The translations under genes were made by a program, and so were the position numbers. The notes under the pieces were generated by a model. The model was not told where the DNA came from and did not search any database. It was given only the letters and a program-made list of their open reading frames with translations. This document shows positions 26,001 through 38,000 of a stretch of 64,000 nt of DNA, one piece after another. Source of the stretch: Antedon mediterranea (Eukaryota > Animalia > Echinodermata); assembly GCF_964355755.1 (NCBI RefSeq), contig NC_092670.1, forward strand, positions 22,554,795-22,618,794, written 5' to 3'. Positions within the stretch are counted from its first letter, which is position 1. The number at the start of each line of letters is the position of its first letter.

Positions 26001-29000
26001 ATATAAAAATACATTCACATAAGATCATAAGTTAATACGGAAAAATATTAACTATACTATACTTATAACGTTATAAAGTAAATATATTTAATGTAAGGTA
26101 TAGCCTGTTAATCATTACTGTATTTATAGTTACTAGATGGTACGCTCGCTTCGCTCGCATACCATCTAGGTCGTGCCCACAGATGGTTCTCGAATACACA
26201 GTAATTTCAGGGTAAAAAATCTGGCGATTTTAAATGCACGTACCGCAGGACTATAATACATTGCCGTTTACAGAAACGAATAAGTAGACACAATGATTTA
26301 TGTAGTCAACCAAAATTAGCACCCTGGGAATTCCGAAAGAGAAACTTACCACAAAATGAGTCCAAATTGTTTATTCATTTAAAGAAACCCAATTAGGGCT
26401 GAGGGATGGGAAAGAGGATAGGTACAAAGAGGAACAATTTTTAAATATATTCTTTATCCACGTCAGTAACGAAATATTGTTTTCATTTTTTATAGGCCTA
26501 TAAATAATATACCACTAACGGTGACTAAATATAGTAAAACATTTGCGATTTAATACTTTGTTAAAACTGTCACTGTCATAGTCGATTGAAATAGTAAAGT
26601 ACATGTAACGATACACCACTACGACGTTTATATTTTTTGTAATTATTAATTAATGCAAACGTTGAGAAGCAACTGTCAGTAATAAAGTTTATTTGTATAT
26701 TACGTGTTTATATATCTAACAGTAGAGCCTACCCATAATCACAGTAATAAAGTTTATTTGTATATATTTTTTTACATCTAACAGTATTCACAGTAAGAAA
26801 TGTTTGTACAGTATATATTTTTTTACATCTAACAGTATTCACAGTAAGAAATTTTCGATTCAAATGACGACCAAAAATGGTTAATAGGTATTTGCAGTAC
26901 TGTATTGTCAAAGTATTGCAAGTTTATTCTCCAAGGGCTCATAAATTTACCTACTTGTGTTAAACCAAACTGGCAGACTGAGAGATTGGAATGTTCCATT
27001 CATCGCAAATCAATACATTTGTAAAAACGTAAATTAAATCTATCAAAATAGTATTTTTTAAAGAAAATCGGCCTGTCTCCAACATTATGATGCTGTACTC
27101 GGGCAGTTCAACCGGTTTTCAGCTATTAAAAACAATTATCGTAGGAGGAGATAGGAAAATGCGAAGCGTCCTAGTATTATTGTGTGCGGGTATTTTTCAA
27201 GTTGGACATCCATTAGACAGTGTATACCACGATCGGAAAACACCCCTATTTGGGGCAAATCGTTGAACCTAAATTCGTTTTAATCGTCAATAACTAATTA
27301 TCTAACTCAATTTAATTAGTAAACAGGGTTACATCAGGTGGTTAAAATCAGTACCGAAAGTATGAACCAACTTTATATACCATCGAGTAAAAATTTTAGA
27401 AATAAACCGCGATTTATCGAATTTTGCCCTTACGTAAATTTATATATAGATATCATAATGGATTTGATGCAGCAACGGTCGCTGTACAGGTAGTTCAAAA
27501 TACGGAAGTGGAACGACATTGCCACGTCAGCCAATCACAACAGTTACCGAAGATTCAGCCAATCAAATCTAAGTCAAAGCTTGTTAATTTTTTAGTGAAA
27601 TATGTTACGATAATTATCAAAGCCATTATGGCATATGCATAATTGATAACAACTCGCTTCGCTCGCGTACCATCTAGGTCATGCCCACAGATGGTTCTCG
27701 AATACATAATAATTTCAGCGTTAAAAACTGGCGATTTCAAATGTACGTACCGCAGGACAATAATACATGTCGTTTACAGGAACAAATAAATAGACACTGT
27801 GATTTATGTACTCAACTAAAATTAGCACCCTGGGAATTACTTCCGAAAGAGAAACTTGAGAAAATGAGACCAATTGTTTAAGTCAAATTTAAACAAACTT
27901 AATTTGTGTTTTGTATGTAACATTCGGGCTGAGGGATGGGGAAGGGGATGGGGAAGAGGATGGGTGCAAAGAGGAACAATTTTTAAATATATTCTTTGTC
28001 CATTTAGTAACGAAATATTAATTGTTTTCATGTTTTACAAATAATATACCACTAAACACAGTAAAACATTACGATATAATACTTTGTTGAAACTATCACC
28101 GTCCTACTCGATTGAAATAGTACAGTACATGTAACGATACATCACTACGACGTGTATGTTTATATAATGTAAAACAATTTGTGAAAACCACCTCTATTCG
28201 GGGAAAATCATAAATTCGATTTAATCGTCAATAAATATTAAATTATCTAACTCAACTTAAATAGTAGGCCTAATGGTTTTCAATTGTTTCTTAGAGCCAA
28301 TCCATACTTAAGTTGGTTCCTACCCTACCCACCAAAGTTGTTCTGCGTTTAGGGCATGTGATGCACCGTAGGCCTATCCTCTACTGGCTTAACAACGCTA
28401 CTCATGCCAGTTAGGCAAGGGTGATGATGATGTGGGTTGTTGAACTGCAATAATAAAGATTTGTACATAATTTACGGCGATTGAAAACGCTAGCTCATTA
28501 TCCGTTTAAAACAAAATTATATCCAACCTCTACAGCACAGATTGAAAAAAAAAATGGATCGAATTTCTGTTATGAGTATACAGTACTTGCCTTTACGACG
28601 CCTGAGGGAATAGACACTTGTGGAACAGAGATTGGAATATTCCATTCATCGCAAATCAATACATTTGTATAAACGTATATTAAATCTATCAAAATATTAT
28701 TTTTTAAAGAAAATCGGCCTGTCTTCAACATTATGATGCTGTACTCGAGCTGTTCAACCGGTTTTCAGCCATTAAAAACAATTATCGTAGGAGGAGATAG
28801 GAAAATGCGAAGCATCCTCGTATTATTGTCTGCGGGTATTTTTCAAGACGGACATCCATTAGACAGTGTATACCACGATCGAAAAACACCCCTATTTGGG
28901 GCAAATCGTTGAACCTAAATTCGTTTTAATTGTCAATAACTAATTATCTAACTCAATTTAATTAGTAAACAGGGTTACATCAGGTGGTTAAAATCAGTAC

Positions 29001-32000
29001 CTAGATTCTAACCAACTTTATATACCATCGAGTAAACATTCTAGAAATAACGCGCGATTTACCGAATTTTGCCCTTACGTAAATTTATATATAGATACAT
29101 TAGTAGTACCAGACTACTACAGTTTAGTAATAACAATAATACATGATACAAAATAATATATATAAAAATACATTCACATAGCGTAAAAAAAAAACAAAAA
29201 AAAAAAACTATACTACAGTATACTTAACTAAAAAAAAAATTCTTTATTTCGTTATAAAGTAGATATATTTAATGTAAGGTATATCATGTTAATCATTACT
29301 CTATTTACAGTTATACAATAGTAGTACCAGACTGGTATTTAAATCTTTAACATTTTGGTACGTGAAGCCCATGCTTGTTTTATATAGTTCGATTGGCACT
29401 ATATAAATGGTGAATGAATAAATTATTATTCATCAATTAATCATTTTAATCTTCAATTCAGTCTGTTATTTCGTATAAATTAACAAAAATTAAAAAATAA
29501 GAATACTGTATTTTACTGGGTACAATATGATTGCTCTCATCTCAGAATACATTCTATCTGGAGAGCATCTTTAAGTTATATTGACATTCTGCTAAGGTTG
29601 AGTCTAATGCATTTACACTAAGTTCATTAAAGTCTACACAACAAGGATTCAAACAATATTGATTTTCTATAAAATTCTTAAAAACATGGACATGACACTA
29701 CATTCTTCAGCAAGGTGCCCTGATTAAGTCAATGTTTAAATGTTTTTTCAACAGGTAAATTATCCTATCAAGCTGCTAATCTAACATTGAATACCAGTGC
29801 TATGTACTGGCTTATGGAGTACGAGGTAAAGTTTGTGGTGCGTAAAGGTGATCGAAGAAAAGAGTACATTCAGATACTTAATGTTGTGGAAGGTGAACCA
29901 CCTGAGATACAAATGGCGTATGTATTAATATACTATTACACTATTCAGGAACTATACCTAGAAACTAAGTGGCAATTTTATGATAAAAAAAGATATAAGG
30001 GTCAAGAAAACTTTATCCTTAATTTCCTAATAAACTTTTGTTTATAATATATACATATATAAATTCCAAGGCAAATTATTGAAAAATGACAATACTGTGG
30101 GTATCAGTGGCTGAATCTCAATGGAGATACAAATAAAATAAGCAAAATCTAAATCAAAAGTAAAACAGCCAGAAAAATTTGCAGAGCTTTCGAACAACAG
30201 ATTTTAAAAAAATGAATTTTAATGTGCAATTTAATTAATTTAAGGTGCAAATTGAATTGCAAAAAGAAGAAGACGTCAACAAATCGGTCTTCTCTAGAAA
30301 CAAAGGAATTGAACAAACGTCGTGGAACTACGCTTTACTACAAGTATAAATTATATACATTTTTTTTTCATTTTTGTTGTATTGTTTTGTATATTCTGAG
30401 GTTCTTGTAATCAGTAAAATTATTTAAAGAAATTCATTTGCTTGAATATTAAAAATATAATATCATTAACATAATTATTATATTTACAAGATATTAAATA
30501 GCAAAAATTGTAATATATATTAAAATCGATATTACCTTATTAAATGATGTTTTTTTCACAAAAGTGTTTTTTGTTTTAATTACCTGTAGGTGGGAAGTAT
30601 CCTATTTAGCGAGTGGAAGCTACCAACCAATACTTGAAAGGAAAGTAAACCTCTATTCTGGAACTGGAACAAATGTTTCAAACCTCTCAATTGAACCAGG
30701 TTTATTTGAGGAGAATCAACAGATCCGTATACAATTAAGAGTATCAAGAAATGCCAATTTCGGCAATTCAGGTTTGTATTCTTTTATAAGAAAGAATGAT
30801 GTAACATTGTCATCTCTCAGCCATTTTGTTTTTTATTACATAGAATTATTCTGATTTTTTTCAGGAATATCATATATTAGTTTTGAAGTCAACGATGTAC
30901 CAGTAAAAGGAACGTGTAGTGCGACTCCTACAAATGGTACAGCTACAATAACTGAATTTATTGTTAATTGTGTTAATTTTACTGATGTTGATACACCTTT
31001 GACCTACATATATCAATATAGTACCGATGATCAAAACTGGTTTACATTTTTCAATGGTAAGTACATTCACAATGCTTGGCTTAGGCTTTTAAACAACACT
31101 GTTATTGATGTATTTTTATATACTGTTTTATTTCAATACATAAACCTATACAGAAGCTCTCATTAAACATTTATTCACTGACCCTCCTAAAACATTTGCA
31201 TTTTAAGCATAATATTACACTTATAATACTTTTTTCAGAGGAGTACAGTAGCATGGACAAAACTATACATCTTCCAGCAGGTTCAGTGGCGAATAATTAC
31301 ATAGTTACTATTCGCGCTAGAGTGGCTGACACTTACGGATCATTTAAGGACACATTCTTAAACATAACTGTAAGTAAAGGTGTAGTAATAGTCCATTTTC
31401 ATCCCAATTGGGACATTAAGAGTGAGTGATTCAACTGGTACGGTTGTTAGCCAGAAAAAAAAATCATTTTACCATTTGCAGAGTTGCAGAATTAGATATG
31501 AATAATACTTTCTCATTTTTTATAACATGATTAGAAAGTTGATTTTTTCTATTACTTTGGGGTTTTTAAAAAACCATATATAGTATCCGTAAAGAAATTG
31601 TAAGGATTGTATAAAACAGGTTTTCTTTTTACAAAACCAATTATTTTTTTAAGGTTGTTCCTCTGAACTGTACTGAAGAAAATGCATTGAAAATAACTTA
31701 TGGACTAGCGGATGAATTGAAGGTGTTGGCAGGAGCAGGGAAAGCAAAAGAAGTTTCAAATATTGTCTCTTCAACTGCTGAGTTCTTAAACTATTGTAGC
31801 AAACTTGGAACAAGTATGTACACTACTACAGTATTTAGTAGTTTTAACTTGGAACAGTGTTAAATTAAACCAAGTATAGTGTGTACCTTTTAGTGTTAAA
31901 CGTGGAACTTGGAGCATGTATGCACTGTGCTATTTAGTGTTCAGTTTGGAAGTATGTACTCTTTAATATTAAATGCGCATGGGCTGCGGGTCATATTTGA

Positions 32001-35000
32001 GTTTTGTTGTTTTCTTTCATTTTGAAAATGAAAAAAATTGAATGATTTATAGTTGCTTGTCTGTCTTGCTTCAGCTGAGTTTTTTTTTCTTTCTTATTTG
32101 TAGTACCTGAGTCATCTAATACTTCTATTATAATAAGTCTCACTCGGGAAGATATGCTAACTACGATGGCTTCCTTGCAACCAGCGTATGATATGGGAAT
32201 ATTTAGACTAATGGCATCTGCTGTTAAACATGTAACGACCTTTCCCAATGAATTAACAGACATGGCACGGGTATGTTTATCATATAATAAATACAACCTA
32301 ATTTTTTACTTTATTTAAGCTTTTATAAATATATGCTATTGCAATTGCTGTATGTATTAATTTAAAGATTTTGTTGTAGAATACAAGTATACATTTGGCA
32401 TCAACCTTTGCAACCACAATACAAAAAGCTGAGAGTCCATTGGCGGAAGACCTTGAAGAATCTGCAAAACTGGTATTTAGTTCTCTTGGTAAGCACACTT
32501 ATCAGACTTTTATTTTACTTAATAAAAGCTGTTACTGAAGAAAAGGTTGTTTTAGATATAACCCAGCAGATGAAATTCTAATAATAGCATTTTCATTGAT
32601 AGGCCTCTGGATTGAAAAGACCCTATTGACAAGCTAAATAATTATGTGTGAATGAAAGCTGCTAGGATGCAGCACAATGCTCAACGTAATACTTGCATTA
32701 TTTGGAAATGCTTCTAACACAGCATATACACATTCACTTTATGATTTGAAAATATTATTATTATTATAGGAGTACCAACTAATGCAGAAAGTGAAATTGT
32801 GGCAAGTATACCAAACTCATTTCATAGTATTAGTCTCTAGGTGTCAAAACCAAAATTCAAAACAATAAATTCCTCTCATGAGGAGTGGCTTCATTATTTT
32901 TCCTGTCTGGATGTTGGTGCAACCTGCAAGAGAGATGTTAATGGGTCACAGTGCATTTCGGCCGGCAATCATTTCGGCCGCCGGTTATGGAACGCCCAAA
33001 TTCATGAAACTCCAAAAGGGACAAAATATGGCATGATCATTTCGGCCGCCAGGTATGGCGCGCCAAATTGAAATAGCCAGAAATAACTCATTAACTGTAC
33101 AGTATTACAGTGAAAAAAAATAACTTTATCAAGTCTATGGAACGCCACAGAGAATTATGGTCATTTAAACTAGAGATCAGTTGTGCAATGGGCTAAATAC
33201 ATTTTGTTTTTGCCGTAGGCATAGATTTAAAGTTATATTAGTTACAGTATTTTACCTCCTGAATATTTTGGTCAAAATGAATATTGATTTAATGTTTATT
33301 TTTTTATCTATTTTACAAGTCCCGAAGATGCGTGTGCTTTGTAAAAATGTGTTTCTTTTAATATGAATCAAGTCAAGTGTTTTTGACTGACACATAAAAA
33401 AAACTTCAGCATCACCTCCTTCTTATTAAAAAAATATCATTAATATTCACTGTAGTGATGGCAATTTGCACGCTATATCGCTGCTGTTTCTGGAATTGAA
33501 GACCGCCGATTCGGCTTAATAATACAGTATTTAGGCCTAGTAAAATATTAACATTTTAACACGCATGGCGTGTCATACATATTCAAGAATAATTACAATT
33601 CTGGTGGCCAAAATTAACAATACATATTTTGTCCTTTTTGGCGTTTCATGAATTTGGCAATTCCATAACCGGCGGCTGAAATGACTGGCGGCCGAAATGA
33701 TCAGACACCTGTTAATGTACCTATTCTGTTTTATTTTAGTCGGCAACAGCTGGAATTGAGGTTGTAACATCTATTATTGATACCATGATAGGCGTAATGG
33801 TAACTGGACAAAAAAATGTTAAAATCAACACAGACGTGATGGCAGTCACTGTTGCCAAATCTTTTACTCGAGATGAAAATGGTAAGTAAATAATTTGTTT
33901 ATGAATTTACTTAATATGTTTATTTCTTATTTTTTATTTCTTTTTTTCTTATTTATTTGCAAAGCCTAATGCATTTATATATATTGATAATTATTAACAT
34001 TTTTATGTATTTTTCAATAATTAGTAAATTATGATTTTACGGATCAGAATGACAATCAAATCACAAAATTCCCTGAAGTAGAAGAAATTATCGGAAGCGG
34101 AAATGACAGTACAACAGAATTAGAGACCAGGGTATGTTGCCTTTTACCTTCTGTACAGATCATAAAGCCCTGTCTACATCAAATATGATGTGCCCATATA
34201 TGGACATGATGATGTCATATTACTACCATATTTGAGCATATCACTATCATATTTGGGCACATCACACTTTTTTTGTCAAACTAGCTTGGTAGTGTAGACA
34301 CAGCTTTATATCACATGTTTGTGTGATCATCTTTTGTATGCTTATTTGTATTGTATTCCATGTTTATAATTGACAAAATAAATGAAATGAAACTCCTATT
34401 TCAGCAGAGTAGTGGAAGTGATGGTTAGACAGAAATATTATAGAGGGTTTTTTCCTACAGAAGGGCAAAATCATCATAACTAGACTATGCACTTTAGGGG
34501 CGTGTGCGTCTGGCTCTGGCTATGGGCTTGTTACACAGTGTTGTGGATGATTGTAAATAAAATGATTGTATAGTTAACAAAGAAACTACACAAATGTAGA
34601 CTTGACCATATTCCAGTCGACATTTCCATGTTTGTCTGAAACTACAAGATCAAGTATTATACATATGAAACGCCATGTGTGCCAAAATGTTTATATGTTT
34701 TTACCAGTATTAAGTCGAAATGCAGTCTGGAATCTATAGTAGACTAATATGAATGCAACTTTTGTTATTATTATATAGATTATAGTTCAAAGTAATGATC
34801 CTTTTAGCCAAGGAAATAGCACCAGCCTCCGAGGATCAGTGGTTTCAATCAACATGAAAAATGATACAGGACAACAAGTTTATGCCACATCCATGACTGA
34901 GCCGATGGAGTTTAATATTTATAGGGGAGAAGAGCAGTTTGCAGTGACAAGTGAGAATGCCTCAAACTATCAATTTTTTGAAACTGTATCAAGTAGTTTC

Positions 35001-38000
35001 ACGCCAGATGATTTAATGTTGAGAGGTATGTAGGATTTGCTCTATATTATTTTATTTATTCCTTTCAATGAAACATAAAAAGAAGAGAGAGGAGAGAGGA
35101 TCTGTCAAAGATAACTATTGTCAAATGGCGTGTCTCTCTAACAAGTATCTATAGCTCTTTTACCCATAGGTGTACTTACTTCCAGTATACTCCTTTCTTT
35201 ATGTAATACAGTTGACTATCCACTATCAAACTCTGAAAAATGGAACTATCCCTTGAGGTTCAAATTCTTTTTGACATTTGGTATAACATTTTTTTGGAAA
35301 ACTAGACATATACACTCTAGGGTATACTGTCTTTTTCGTAAGATCCCTACATGTATAGACTCTACATATTCCATTTTCCCAATATGGACACCTCTCGAAA
35401 GGAAAATGGAATAGTCCAGGCGCCGTAGCGGGATGTACAAACGTCTCTCACGCATGACATCGTCCTCATGTTCCTTTCAGACGTGTGATCTTGAAAGCCT
35501 TGAAAGAAACTAATTTTTTTTAAACAAAGGACACCTGGCTAGCATCAATAATTGAGAGACTTTGATGTATTTATAACCTGTAAATAATTTTAAAAAGTAA
35601 AAAAGCAAAGCAAAATATGTATATTCGACATTACACTATAAGTTTGTCTGCTAATTTTCTAATAAGCCACTTCATGTTACTATTTAATCTAATCTAATCT
35701 AATCTAATTCACAGTCAAATTGAGAAGCATTAAATATACAGTTATATGATAATGATATCCTAATTTATTTACACTGAATGTTTAATTGTTGTATAAATTT
35801 CAGATACAGCAAAACACACGGCTCTCTCTATCACTGTGATAAGCAGAGGGGAGAAAGATATGAAACCTGAGTATTCGTATACTTATACAATTGTAGTTTA
35901 TATTAAAATTAATGCCTCACCCACTCAAGGTAAGTTGAAGACCTTCTAATCTTCTCTCACCTCGAGTAGCAATTAACTTGCTTTGTTTCAAACATTTTAT
36001 AAATCTTAGCAGATAAAACTAGATTTGAATTTTAGAGTTAAAATTGAAAATGTGTGCAGAAAGAGTATGTTGTTTGGAATTTGTCTTCATTTGTGACCTT
36101 GTGGTCTATTACGTTGGTTAAAATTTGTCTAAAAAACATTTTTTCACCAAAAATTGCCTTTCTAACATAACCAAATGGCTAAGTGGAAATAAAAGTTGTC
36201 CCGCTCAATTGGCACATGTATCGGTCGTGCATTTTAGTAGGCAATTGAGTAACCCAGTTAACTTAAAATTAATTTTGGTATATATATTTGGGATATATAT
36301 TCAAATATACTATATATTTAAGCGTAAGTAATAACTTGTACTACTGTATATTTTTAACACAATTATTCTTTTGTTTAATGTAACAGACAATCATGACTTA
36401 AACTGTACTTTGATACAAAGTGTGACTGCAATTCTTAATGATTCTGATGTATTCAAATTTAATGAGACAGAGATGAGACACACAGGCGACACAGTCTGTT
36501 TCTTTTCAAACACTGTCATGAACAGGTACTGAATGAGCATGTTAAGGCTTAATAATTGACCCACGTATGTTGATCATTAACTAAGCCTGAAAAGGCCCTA
36601 TGTTTTATCTGTATGTTTTCAATTGTACATTGTTGCATGCAATAAATTAAAATTTTCAAAGAGATTATATAACTATACCGGTAACTCCAATGCCAGTTTG
36701 CCAAGTTCAATCTCTAGCAGTTATAGCATCTCTATGAATAATTAAAGGAAATTAATCATGAATTAATTTTTTTAGTTTAAATTATTAAATAAATAAAATC
36801 AAAATGAAAATATAGTGGTATTAAATAATAATCAATCCGATTGTTAAAATTAAATTAAATAGCTTTTATAATATAATTTAATTTGAAATATCAAACCTTA
36901 AAAGTGTACAAAAAAGGCGAAAAACTCCTGTAAAATCATGGAATCTGTAACTTGCTTCAACTCAACGTTGATTGGAAAACAGGCTTTAAGGCGGCTTAAT
37001 AATTTACTAAGGTATGTTGCCTACACACCAAACTCAGAGATCTTTGGTCATGAAGCTTAACGGGTAAATTTACTAAGCCTGAAAAGGCCCTATGTTTCAT
37101 CTGTATGTTTTAAATTTTTAAATTTTCCAAAGAGATTATATAACTATAGAGGAAACTCCAATGCTAGACAGTTCGACAAGTTCACTTTCTAGCAGGTATA
37201 GCATCTCAATGAATAATTAAAAGAAATCTAATCATGCATTATTTTTAAATTATTGAATAAATACAATAAAATTAACCATATTGTCAATTTTATATTGAAA
37301 CTGTTATTTTTTAAATTTTAATTGTAGTTTTTTGTCCAACGCATCTTCGGATATATACATAAATGTCCGACATGAACGGTTACGCAGCAAAGGAAATGAC
37401 ACCGTTCCCGATGAAGAAAATGAAGAATTTATACCAATGTACTATAATATCTCGTCGTTTACCTCTCAATGTTACTACAGAAGCTCATCAGATACAGAAT
37501 GGCATTATATAGAGTGTGAGGTATGTTACACTAAACTAATATGGTAGTGATATGAAATCATCATGTCCATATATGGGCACATCACATTTTTTCACACAAA
37601 GTTTGATAGTGTAGACAGAGCTTTAAATATCTTTCAGAAATTGTGGATATGTTTTAATTTTTATGATAATTTCAATGATATGATAGAAGTTATTTTGCTA
37701 CAAGAGTCTTGCAACAGTTATCAAAATGTGCGAAATGTTAATGGAAAATGGAGAAATTTAAAGGAAACCAAGAAACACAAAAAAAGCTAATAATTTTATT
37801 TTTTTATACTACATACTGTTGCAGTCAAATCAAACTAAAACCATACATTATTGCAATAAAAATGTAGTTACTGCAGCAACTGCAGTAGACTAATTTTGCA
37901 ATGATCCCTTATTTTAAATTTTGTACTTACAGGTTGGCAAAGATTCAACACGTGACACTACTCAATGTTTTTGTTACTATCTTGCACCGTCTGAAAGTGA

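Noticed and set aside
32600-32769. Candidate exons after AG at ~32602 and ~32665
   Set aside because: Both run into stop codons before a convincing phase-compatible donor and have poor polypyrimidine tracts.
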